Shown piece by piece: positions 17,203-25,789 of a DNA stretch of 56,930 nt. Numbering within the stretch: position 1 is the stretch's first letter; every line of letters begins with the position of its first letter. The stretch covers positions 1 to 56,930 of the forward strand of contig JAGVWZ010000022.1 of assembly GCA_018304045.1 (NCBI GenBank). Reading direction: 5' to 3'. The notes below the pieces were generated by a model. That model was not told the origin of the DNA. It did no database searches and saw only the letters and a program-made list of their open reading frames with translations. Source of the stretch: Candidatus Pacearchaeota archaeon (GTDB taxonomy: Archaea; Nanobdellota; Nanobdellia; Pacearchaeales; GW2011-AR1). The position numbers were made by a program, and so were the translations under genes.

Positions 17203-18022
17203 AAAATTTATTTAAAAATAGAAAAACAGGTGTTTATTTTATTTTAATATTAATAATTTTTTTAATTGTAATTAGTTTAGTTTTTGTTTCTGCTTTTAAC
17301 TTCAACAAAAATGTATTAAAAGTTACAGATGAACATCCATTTTTTGTTACAGAGAATTGTTTTAATTCTCTGTCCAGTAAAAATCAAACTCAAGATTTTT
17401 CCTGTAATGGAAGTTGGGTTGTTGCTAAAGATTTGCATGTTGGTGATGAGCTTTTTACTATTGATGGAAAGATTGCTAGGATTGTTGGGATTAAAGATGT
17501 TGATGAAAATGTTCTTGTCTATAATCTAGGGGCAGAAAAATATAATGATTTTATTGTTGTGAAACTGTTTTTTTTGAAGCAAGTCTTGGGCAAGATGTGG
17601 AATTAATAAATGATCTCTTTGGCACCAGTGTAAGGTTTAAAGATGGGGCTACAACATTTATTAAAGATACCTCTGAATTAGGTTATATATATGATTTTGG
17701 TTCTGTTGTTAAACAAGATAGAATTTTTTTAAAAGAAGCTAGTAAGTTTGGTCATCAAACTAGTGAAAGAATGGAAGCTATGATTGAAAGGTTATTAGGT
17801 GGGGGAGATCCTGGAAAAGGTAGCCATACTCTTACTGGAGTAAGTAATTCTGTACTAGAGGCTACATCTCAGGGAAAAGAAAGGATATATTATAGAATTA
17901 AACATATTGAGGGTCAAAGATCTCAATTAATAATATTAGCATATTCTCTTAAAGATAGTAGTCAAAAAAGGGTTATAGACCATTTGCAGGTTTTATATCC
18001 TCCAGGTTATAAGTTTCCTTGA
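17199..18022 (+). pseudogene. HINT-C cassette with a RelE/ParE-like tip, frame-disrupted at a T8 run
   Basis: Head MKNLFKNRK plus signal peptide plus LKVTDEHPFF..(19-aa insertion)..VGDELFTIDGKIARI..VYNL..KYNDFIV. The frame breaks at tttttttt (17568-17575) and the terminal VHN is missing. The downstream frame encodes ...GKGSHTLTG..GKERIYYRIKH..QLIILAYSLK. Confidence 0.5.
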
Positions 18023-18343
18023 TTAACTTTCTTCTGATTCTGTGAACACTTGATTTAATCTCTCCCTTATGATTAGATTTTCAATGCTATATTCCAATGT
18101 TTTGTGAGAAATTCTTGGAACAATTCTATCTGTTTGTTCTACTTGTTCTCCTTTTTGCCTTAATGTTTCTACTACTCGAGGAGTTATGTAGGTCCCTACA
18201 TAGGTTTTAGGATCTTGGGGCAGTTTTAGATAAACATCAACTGATGCATCTTCGGGATTTAGAGGTTCTTGATAGGGCCAAAATAGCTCATAAGAAAATC
18301 TTTCTTTTTCAATCCATTTGTTTAATAAAAGAGTTTCAACCAT
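18023..18343 (-). CDS. small cytoplasmic protein, candidate immunity partner
   Basis: 106 aa with no signal peptide. Its stop abuts the stop of the 17199-18022 cassette with a 0-nt gap, tail-to-tail. A TATA-like tttttaaa lies about 27 nt upstream of its ATG. Confidence 0.35.
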   Translation of the reverse strand: MVETLLLNKWIEKERFSYELFWPYQEPLNPEDASVDVYLKLPQDPKTYVGTYITPRVVETLRQKGEQVEQTDRIVPRISHKTLEYSIENLIIRERLNQVFTESEES

Positions 18344-18364
18344 AAAAGCATATTAGGGTATAGG

Positions 18365-18450
18365 TTTTTAAATCTTCCTAATAGTTACCACTATAAAGTA
18401 ACTTATAAACTAGGTTTAGTATCCTAGTTGATATTATTAATCTTTATATA
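18365..18450. promoter_or_regulatory. about 86-bp reiterated intergenic block with two opposed TATA boxes
   Basis: Matches 23376-23463 with 4 mismatches and 20924-20944 in part. tttatata (18443-18450) lies 25 nt before the ATG at 18472. tttttaaa at the other end faces the minus-strand gene. Confidence 0.6.
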
Positions 18451-18471
18451 GATAAATTGTTTGATTTGGTT

Positions 18472-19686
18472 ATGAAAAAAAGAGGATTGTTTGTATTATT
18501 TTTAATTGTTATTAGTTTGATAAGCTTAATTTCAATTGCAAGTTCATTTGATTTGTTTGATAATAAAAACATTTTAAAAGTTACTGGTGAACATCCGTTT
18601 TATTTAAATGGTGAGTGGGTTGTTGCTAAAGATTTGAATGTTGGTGATGAGCTTTTGACTATTGATGGAAAAATTGCGAGGATAATTGGGATTAAAGATG
18701 TTAATGAAAATGTTGATGTGTATAATATAGAGGCTGAGGAGTATAATGATTTTATTGTTGGGCAGGGAATTATTGTGCATAATTCTGATGCTGTTGAATC
18801 AATTCCTCAAATAGAACAAAGACTTGAAAGTGGAGGAATAACTCTGGCTGAACTTGACAGGATTGATTATGCTAATTATCTTTTAGAAAAAAATGGATTA
18901 TCAATATTAACTCCTGAACAAGAAAGAGCACTTTTGCTGTCTCATTATTCAAATACTGGAAATATTGACAAAGTTTGGAGATTGGGTGAAGCTGGTTTAA
19001 GTAATGAACAAATAACTCTTCTAGGAGATAATTGGGTATTTGGTGATAATTTAATATCTTTAAGTGAGGAATTAAAGCAATGGTTAGTCAATGCAGGGGT
19101 TACTAGTAAGGAAGCTAAATCATTATTAACTGGGGTGAATAGTTATGATCAACAAATTGAAATTTTAAAGAGAATAATGGCTGAAAAGAAATTCCTTCCT
19201 GGTGGAAAAACAGGAGGATATATGCCTTTATCAAATCTACAAGTGTCTAGTGAAGTTGTTCTTAATGAGGTGGATATTTTTTTAGCAGGAAATCAAGTTC
19301 TTAGAAATGGAAAACCTGTTCAAGGCCTTTCAATAGGTAATGGATATATTGAATTTGTTGGATATCATTTTACATCACAAATTGGAGCTGATAATTTATA
19401 TAATCAAATGAAATTTGAAAGAATAAACCCATTTGACCCTTATATTTATTTTTCAGAGTCTGGTTGGTTTACAGGAAAATCTCAAAATGAAATAAGGCAG
19501 GTACTTGGTGCAAAATCTGCTCAAGATGTTGTAATTGTGAAAATACGATATCCCTTGAATAAAGCATGGTTGAAGGCAGAACCTGGAAAACCTATTAAAA
19601 TAGCTTTTGATGGGGATATTATTGCAGAAGATCTTTTAAAGAGAAAAGGGATTTTAATGGAAATTAAGGATATTAATGATTTATAG
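18472..19686 (+). CDS. secreted HINT-C cassette protein with a putative ADP-ribosyltransferase-like tip
   Basis: Signal peptide MKKRGLFVLFLIVISLISLISIASS. Complete HINT C-half LKVTGEHPFY...GIIVHN/S (18574-18783). The C-terminal region has YHFTS, PYIYFSES and IIAEDLL, a pattern reminiscent of H-Y-E ARTs. The ORF track starts at TTG 18457. Confidence 0.55.
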   Translation: MKKRGLFVLFLIVISLISLISIASSFDLFDNKNILKVTGEHPFYLNGEWVVAKDLNVGDELLTIDGKIARIIGIKDVNENVDVYNIEAEEYNDFIVGQGIIVHNSDAVESIPQIEQRLESGGITLAELDRIDYANYLLEKNGLSILTPEQERALLLSHYSNTGNIDKVWRLGEAGLSNEQITLLGDNWVFGDNLISLSEELKQWLVNAGVTSKEAKSLLTGVNSYDQQIEILKRIMAEKKFLPGGKTGGYMPLSNLQVSSEVVLNEVDIFLAGNQVLRNGKPVQGLSIGNGYIEFVGYHFTSQIGADNLYNQMKFERINPFDPYIYFSESGWFTGKSQNEIRQVLGAKSAQDVVIVKIRYPLNKAWLKAEPGKPIKIAFDGDIIAEDLLKRKGILMEIKDINDL

Positions 19687-20421
19687 ATTTTGAAGAGCTT
19701 TTTCTATTGATCTATAAAATCTTGTTTCAAATCTATGTTGGTTCGCATGAGGTTGTCTTATTGAAAGCTGAAGTAATGCTTGTTCTGGTTTTGTAAGTCT
19801 TCTATACATAGCTAGAACTCTTATAAGTGGTTCTACTTGTGTTTCATCTTCAAATTGTTTTTGTATCATGACTTCATCTACTTTTAATCTCATTTGCCTT
19901 AATCTTTCTTGAAAATAAAAATCAAAATATTGTTTTAAGAAAACAGAATGCGCTAATGGGGATGGATTTTTAATATCTAAATTGTCTTCAACATCATAAA
20001 AATAAACAGGACTATCTAAAGATTTTTCTAAAACTTCATTTTTTACTTCTTCTGGAACATAGTTTTGAAGGTAAAAAAAATAAGATGGTTTATAGATCTT
20101 TTTTCTTGCTTCTAAAATGTCCATGGATTCTTTGCCTAACAAATGTGCTTCAACATTTCCTTTTCTTTTTCTTGGTCTTCTTGTAAATAAACTGAAGTCA
20201 GTAAAACCATTTATTAATTTCAATCCTTGCCATATTGATTCTACACTGTTTGCATATGCAACTTGTTCTGGTACTGGTATTTTAAATTCTGGAGAATAGG
20301 TGAATGGGCTAAACAGGTTATATGGGGCTTCTCCATAACTACTTACATCCAATGCAGTATCTATTCCTTGGGAATTTTCTCTAGTAGTTGCATTAAATCT
20401 TTCAGTCATTTTGGTGTCCAA
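19681..20421 (-). CDS. hypothetical protein co-transcribed with the macrodomain gene
   Basis: 246 aa with no signal peptide. It overlaps the macrodomain gene by 16 nt and the toxin cassette 3-prime end by 6 nt. A weak NADAR-like N-terminal pattern (NLFSPF...SVESIWQGLK) is not convincing. Confidence 0.3.
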   Translation of the reverse strand: MDTKMTERFNATTRENSQGIDTALDVSSYGEAPYNLFSPFTYSPEFKIPVPEQVAYANSVESIWQGLKLINGFTDFSLFTRRPRKRKGNVEAHLLGKESMDILEARKKIYKPSYFFYLQNYVPEEVKNEVLEKSLDSPVYFYDVEDNLDIKNPSPLAHSVFLKQYFDFYFQERLRQMRLKVDEVMIQKQFEDETQVEPLIRVLAMYRRLTKPEQALLQLSIRQPHANQHRFETRFYRSIEKALQNL

Positions 20422-20837
20422 ATCTCTAAATTTAGTCTTGATTCACTGAAATATTTTTCAATTATTTTTTCTACAACTTCCCAATTTTGTCTGCCTAATC
20501 CACATCCAATTTTTGGCATTGCAATTGTGCTTATATTTGGTAATTGTAATCTAGACATCCATTCTAATGATGTTTCAATGTAGCCTAATCCTGAGTATCT
20601 TCCATCTTGCGTTGCTAGATTTATTACATGGGGCTTTTGAGGATTTTGATAAATATAACCTGTTCCCAATTGAAATTCTCCTTTTCTGCATCTTCTTTGA
20701 AAATCTTCATACATTTCTGGAAATCTTTCTTTGAAACCCCTGGCTATGCCTGCATTCATTTTTCCAACTATATTACAACCATGAGCCAATGCATCTGTGT
20801 TTGAAGAGAATAAATCTCCATGCCTATACGGTATCAT
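20406..20837 (-). CDS. macrodomain protein, TARG1/OARD1/DarG-like
   Basis: HGDLF..TDALAHGCN..GKMNAGIARGFKERFPE ... IAMPKIGCGLGRQNWEVVEKIIEKYF. From memory this is collinear with human TARG1 (GDLF..SLAH..MGAGIA..FK..F ... MPRIGCGLDRLQWE.V..IEEVF). Confidence 0.8.
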   Translation of the reverse strand: MIPYRHGDLFSSNTDALAHGCNIVGKMNAGIARGFKERFPEMYEDFQRRCRKGEFQLGTGYIYQNPQKPHVINLATQDGRYSGLGYIETSLEWMSRLQLPNISTIAMPKIGCGLGRQNWEVVEKIIEKYFSESRLNLEIWTPK

Positions 20838-20923
20838 AATTAAGGGCAGTTATTGTTATTTATAAATCTAATGATTTGTTATTACTTGATAGTAACTTAT
20901 AAATTAATTTTTGTAATTCTCAA

Positions 20924-20944
20924 GATATTATTAATCTTTATATA
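20924..20944 (+). promoter_or_regulatory. partial copy of the cassette promoter block with a TATA box
   Basis: gatattattaatctttatata. The tttatata at 20937-20944 lies 25 nt upstream of the ATG at 20966. Confidence 0.5.
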
Positions 20945-20965
20945 GATAAATTGGTTGATTTTGTT

Positions 20966-21834
20966 ATGAAAAAAAGAGGATTGTTTGTATTATTAATTGT
21001 AATCAGTTTGATAAGCTTAATTTCAATTGCAAGTTCATTTGATTTGTTTGATAATGGAAGTAAAAATATATTGAAAGTTACAGGTGAGAAAAATATAATG
21101 ATTTTATTGTTGGGGAGGGGGTTATTGTTCATAATAGTAATAGGATTGTTCCTGACATTACAGAATCCTATTATGAGGTTTTTGTTTATAATTGGGGTAA
21201 ACAATCTAGAGATCTTGTTCCAGGATTTAGTGAAGATGGAATGCTTGAAATAATTATAGTTGATTTTGAGAATGTCAGGCCTGGTTTAAAAAGCGCAATT
21301 GAAACAAGGTTTTCTAGATCTTTTGATTCAATAACTAGTACTTCAAGTTTTGATGAACTAAATAGTGCTGCTGTAAGTTTTTCAAAGAGAATGTATGATG
21401 ATCTTCCGTTTTTAGGCTATAGAACAATAGAGACAATGAGAATTGAAACTTTGGATCAAAAAATTCTTTTTTATAACTATCTGAAGTTATCTCAGGATGG
21501 CACCCCAACATTAAGCGAGTTGATTAATTCTAAGATGTTAGATTGTACTGGTGAGAATCTTTTGATTAGAGAATCGCTTGGTGGAAGCAATAGTGGATGG
21601 AAAATTTTCCATGGAATTGATAATGTTGGGAGGGAAAGAGCCCATACTTTTCTTGCAAAAGAATTTGATATAGATGGAAATTCCTATATGGTGATTATAG
21701 ATCCTACTGAATATAAATTGTATTCAGGCTCTATGAATACTGGGATAAATCCTGATTATATCAGGCCATATGCGATGGTCATTCCAAAACAAGATTTTGA
21801 GAGAAGGGGATTTGTGCAAGTAAGTTTGAGATAG
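20966..21834 (+). pseudogene. mini-HINT cassette with a transglutaminase/papain-like tip; frame break in an A5 run
   Basis: Signal peptide plus ILKVTGE, then a frame break at 21089-21093. One extra A would give GEKKYNDFIVGEGVIVHN/S in frame. The tip has DCTGENLL (Cys 21544), RAHTFL (His 21643) and VIIDPTE (Asp 21699), a Cys-His-Asp order. Confidence 0.5.
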
Positions 21835-21968
21835 TTGTTTTGAATACAATTAATATATAAAAAATATTAAATGCAAAATAATTAATAATAGATTTGATAG
21901 CTATGTAAGATAAAGCGAAGAAATGAACATGTTGTATTTTTACTAAGTAAATAATAATATATAACTGA

Positions 21969-22706
21969 TTATTCAAATCCAAGAAGAGTGTCTGAATTTC
22001 CTTTTATTTTTATTGTTGGATTTTGTTTTGCATCGATTATACTTTTATAGAAGGATGGGTCGAATAGAACTGCTTGTCTTAAGTCAGGTATATATGAGCA
22101 AGGAACTTTTGTTTCAAGACCTGTCGGGCACTTAAATATACCTTGTTTTAATGGAAATCTATTGTCTGTTAAAATTGAGGTATCATATCCTATATGTGGC
22201 ATTGAATCTCTTGCTATTTCTTCTGCTAGTATTCTTGAATAGTATTCTGTTGGTTTTGATTGCCCATTTTGTTGCTTTAAAAAATCTGCTAGTGTTATTA
22301 GGTCTGTGAATAATCTTACTGGATCTTCTGTTCTTAGGTTTTGTAAGAATTCATGAGAAGGTAATGACTGAGTGTCTTTTATTGATAGAGTTATTTCATA
22401 ATCATTCTCTGGATTTAATAATTGTATTTTTTCAACCTCATATTCCCTTTTTGCTATTCTTCCTGGAGGAATTAAAGCAGAGTATCTTTGCTTAAGATAT
22501 GCTATATCTTCATTGATGTCTTTTCTTAATAGAAATCCTACTCTTCCTTGTTGTGTTGGTAGTTCACATTGTTCTGAATTAAATCCAATGCATGTAGATA
22601 TTGTTATATCTTGAGGTTGTCCTAATCTATAATAAAACAATTGAAATCTTGAGTTTCTTTTAAGAGCTTTTTTATTATATTTTTGAGTTCTGTCGTTTAT
22701 TTCCAT
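21969..22706 (-). CDS. hypothetical cytoplasmic protein (candidate immunity partner)
   Basis: 245 aa with no signal peptide, convergent with the 20966 cassette and in an operon with the SGNH hydrolase gene. Confidence 0.3.
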   Translation of the reverse strand: MEINDRTQKYNKKALKRNSRFQLFYYRLGQPQDITISTCIGFNSEQCELPTQQGRVGFLLRKDINEDIAYLKQRYSALIPPGRIAKREYEVEKIQLLNPENDYEITLSIKDTQSLPSHEFLQNLRTEDPVRLFTDLITLADFLKQQNGQSKPTEYYSRILAEEIARDSMPHIGYDTSILTDNRFPLKQGIFKCPTGLETKVPCSYIPDLRQAVLFDPSFYKSIIDAKQNPTIKIKGNSDTLLGFE

Positions 22707-22720
22707 TTTATTTCCAAATT

Positions 22721-23353
22721 TTAGCGGTATATTAATTTTGCTACCTCTTGTGCTATTAATTTTGCCCCTTCTTCATTTGGATGAACTGCATCTGCAAAAT
22801 GTTCATCTCTTAGAACAGAGCAGATATCTGCTAGAGGTATATTATTAGATGTTGCATATTCTCTTAGTGCTGAATTATGAAATTGTCTTTGAAAGACTGC
22901 ATTTGCATATCCTCTCTTTGAAAATTTTCTTGAATTTACATTTAAAACATTTATTAAAATGATTCTTTTGTCTCTTTGTTTTATTTCTTTTACAGCAGAT
23001 TCTAAACTTCTTATTACTTTTGGAGAAATAATCTCTATTTGGTCTGTTGGAATATCATTTGTTCCATAACCTATTATGAAATATCCAGAAAATGGAAAAA
23101 GTTCAAGAGCTTTTCTTGCTCTGATTGTTGCTACTTTACTTTCTTCACCAGATATACCACAATCAGCTACTTGAGTATCTGTTGATTCTTGTAGGAATAC
23201 TGGATAGGTTCTATAGGGGCCACTTGGAAAACTAGTTCCTCTTGTATTGTTCCACCCAGTTATACTGTCTCCGACACATACTATCTTCACTTGCTCTTTT
23301 TTAGCCTGAAAATCAGGAGTGTTTTCATCAACCAAATATAATAATTTTGTCAT
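22721..23353 (-). CDS. SGNH/GDSL-family hydrolase
   Basis: Block I VCVGDSITGW, block III GYGTND, block V DAVHPNEEG. Confidence 0.75.
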   Translation of the reverse strand: MTKLLYLVDENTPDFQAKKEQVKIVCVGDSITGWNNTRGTSFPSGPYRTYPVFLQESTDTQVADCGISGEESKVATIRARKALELFPFSGYFIIGYGTNDIPTDQIEIISPKVIRSLESAVKEIKQRDKRIILINVLNVNSRKFSKRGYANAVFQRQFHNSALREYATSNNIPLADICSVLRDEHFADAVHPNEEGAKLIAQEVAKLIYR

Positions 23354-23375
23354 GGTTATAAACAGAATTTTTATG

Positions 23376-23463
23376 TTTTTAAATCTTACTAATAGTTACC
23401 ACTATGAAGTAACTTATAAACTAGATTTAGTATCCTAATTGATATTATTAATCTTTATATATT
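23376..23463. promoter_or_regulatory. second full copy of the bidirectional cassette promoter block
   Basis: About 86 bp with 4 mismatches to 18365-18450. The tttatata box is at 23454-23461. Confidence 0.6.
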
Positions 23464-23482
23464 AATTCTTGTTATTAAATAA

Positions 23483-23512
23483 ATGAAAAAAATAGGGATT
23501 TTATCAGCATAG
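23483..23512 (+). pseudogene. decayed cassette head (MKKIGILSA-stop)
   Basis: Its ATG is at the same 25-nt spacing from the TATA box as in intact cassettes. atgaaaaaaatagggatttta resembles atgaaaaaaagaggattgttt. It stops after 9 codons. Confidence 0.35.
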
Positions 23513-23574
23513 GGAAAGTTTTAAATACTATATTAATTAATAGTTAATATATATTAACTTATTGGAAATATAAC

Positions 23575-24144
23575 ATGGTACTTACAAAAGAACAAAAAAT
23601 AATTATTATTTTATTTAAAGAAAAGCTTGGATTTTATAATAGCAGAAGCATGTCAAAAATAGTTGGAATTAGTCATCCTGGTGCATTTAAAATACTGAAA
23701 AAACTTGAGAAAAATTTTATAGTTAGTTCTAAAAGGATTGGAAAAGCAATTATTTTTTCTTTGAATTTTGAAAATCCTATGACAAAAAACTTGGTTGAAA
23801 ATGCATTAATAGCAGAATCACAGGAATATAAAAGATGGGTTGAAGAATTTAAGGAAATTGAAGAAATATCTTTATTTGCAATATTATTCGGCTCAATTAT
23901 AAAAAATGAAAATTCAGCAAAGGATATTGATTTACTTGTTGTTTCAGAACAAAATTATCAATCCATTATACAAAAGATAATAAATGGAAAAAACAAGATT
24001 TCTAATAAAAAAATTCATTTAATTCTGCAAATAGGAGAAGATTTTTTAAATGACCTGCATAAAAATAATAAAGTTATTCTTGAAATAATAAAAACAGGCA
24101 TTGTGTTATTTGGACAAGATAAATTTATTAAACTGATAAAATGA
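23575..24144 (+). CDS. wHTH + minimal nucleotidyltransferase (MNT)
   Basis: ILFGSIIKNENSAKDIDLLVV is the NTase motif. The architecture matches 16059-16658. It overlaps the next gene as ATGA. Confidence 0.7.
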   Translation: MVLTKEQKIIIILFKEKLGFYNSRSMSKIVGISHPGAFKILKKLEKNFIVSSKRIGKAIIFSLNFENPMTKNLVENALIAESQEYKRWVEEFKEIEEISLFAILFGSIIKNENSAKDIDLLVVSEQNYQSIIQKIINGKNKISNKKIHLILQIGEDFLNDLHKNNKVILEIIKTGIVLFGQDKFIKLIK

Positions 24145-24659
24145 GCGAGGCAAAAAGAAAAGTGGAATGGTGCTTGAGAAAAGCAGAAGAAGAATTAAAA
24201 AAAGGAACAAAACATAGGGGATTGGTTTTGAAGGAACAAAATTTATCTGAAGCTAGAAAACATATTCAAAAAGCAGAGCATAATCTTAAGGCAATTGAAT
24301 ATTTTAGCAATGGGGGATTTTCAGATTGGAGCATGAGTGCTGTTTTTTATTGCATCTATCATTGTTTTCTTGCAATAAACATGAAATTTGGATATGAAAG
24401 TAGAAATCAGGAATGTACTATTGCTCTTGTCAAACATCTAAAAGAGGAAAATAAAATAAATTTAGATGATAGATTCATAGATGCTTTGGAAATCTATGAT
24501 GAAAGTGAAAGACATGAGACAAATGTTATTGAAAAAAGAGAATATTACACATATGGAACAACTGTTTCAGCAGATAATAAGGAAGAAATTGAAGCAAGCA
24601 TTGTTTTATGCAAGGACTGCATAGCTCAAACGAAAAATATAGTTTTTCAAGATAATTGA
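24141..24659 (+). CDS. HEPN-domain protein
   Basis: EARKHIQKAEHNLKAIEYFSNGGFSDWSMSAVFYCIYHCFLAINMKFG fits the PF05168-type HEPN helix pattern. Confidence 0.6.
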   Translation: MSEAKRKVEWCLRKAEEELKKGTKHRGLVLKEQNLSEARKHIQKAEHNLKAIEYFSNGGFSDWSMSAVFYCIYHCFLAINMKFGYESRNQECTIALVKHLKEENKINLDDRFIDALEIYDESERHETNVIEKREYYTYGTTVSADNKEEIEASIVLCKDCIAQTKNIVFQDN

Positions 24660-24671
24660 GGTAATGATAAA

Positions 24672-25711
24672 ATGAAAAATATATTTAAGAATAGGAAAAG
24701 AGAATTTTTAATATTATTAATTGTAATCAGTTTGATAAGCTTAATTTCAATTGCAAGTTCATTTGATTTGTTTGATAATGGAAGTAAAAATATATTGAAA
24801 GTTACAGGTGTAATTATGAGAATTATTTTGCTGGGAATGTGCTGGTGCATAATAAGCCTGTTCCAAATAAGTATTTGGATCCTGAATTTGCAGGGGTTAA
24901 ACAAGTTTCACCTCAAGAATTAGATAATCTTTATGATGAAAAAGATGCTTTAGATAGACTTGTTGGACAAGAGCCTGGAATTGTTAGAAATGATCAGGGA
25001 AATATCAAAGAAGTTTATTTGATAGATCCTTCTAAAGTTGATTTGGATAAATTGCCTGAAAGAATAAGATATCTGGCTGAAAATAGTGATGGACCTATTG
25101 CAATAAAATATTATAGACAAGAGAGTAGACTTACTCGTACATATTATCCTGATGACAAGTTAGAAGATTTTATAGCTGAGCTAGAGATATCTGAAAAATT
25201 AAATGCAAGATTTGAAGCAGAGGGAATGAAACCGCTTTTACCTAAAAAGAGTTTGATTGGAATATCTGCAGATTCTGAAAATGGGAATATTTTTGTAAAA
25301 GGTTTTATTGCAGAAGAATTAATTCCTGAAAAATCTGTTGTTGAACTTAGGACTGAACTGGAGGATGTTTATTTAGATAAAGAAGTTGATTTTGGAAGAA
25401 TTCTTGAGCTAGAAAGCAGAATAAATAGTAAGTTATCTGAATCTAGATATACATTCAATAGGATTTTTGAACAAGAGGGAATTGGTTGGTATGATGCAGA
25501 TGATAGAAATACTGCAATTGGATTTCTTGAAAGAAGAACTGGTAGAATATTGACTTTGACACAGGTTTTAGATGGAAATTATATTATAGGAAAGGCCCCT
25601 AATAGTGGAGATATAGAGGTTTATATAAGATTTTTTGAAATTGGATTTGGAAGACAAGTAAAACCTGGAAGGGGGTATTTTGGTGGTTTTGTTGATTGTT
25701 ATTTTCATTAA
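24672..25711 (+). pseudogene. mini-HINT cassette with a tip of unknown fold; frame break at 24810-24812
   Basis: Head MKNIFKNRK plus signal peptide plus ILKVTG. The downstream frame reads (C)NYENYFAGNVLVHN/KPV..., followed by a 290-aa tip. One added nucleotide after ggtg would restore the frame. Confidence 0.5.
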
Positions 25712-25789
25712 TAATAATGATTATTAATGCATAGAATTTGATAAGATAAATCAAGCAGCAGTTAGAAGATATACTTTACTTAATACACA

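Noticed and set aside
19681-20421. Assigning 19681-20421 as a NADAR-type ADP-ribose hydrolase.
   Set aside because: Only a short N-terminal pattern is reminiscent (NLFSPF...SVESIWQGLK). The rest of the family signature is not visible, so it is left as hypothetical.
20938-21253. ORFs 20938-21204 (-) and 24647-24904 (-), antisense to the cassette heads, and the short plus-strand ORFs 20951-21253 and 24672-24923 taken as complete genes.
   Set aside because: The plus-strand ORFs are the frame-shifted 5-prime parts of the mini-HINT cassettes. The minus-strand ones are mirror images of the same repeated sequence.
21779-21982. ORFs 21779-21982 (-) and 48727-48945 (-) as real genes.
   Set aside because: The first spans an AT-rich convergent intergenic region and has shadow-frame composition. 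The second is antisense to the frame-disrupted ferredoxin-like gene, which has a clear CxxCxxCxxxCP motif on the plus strand.
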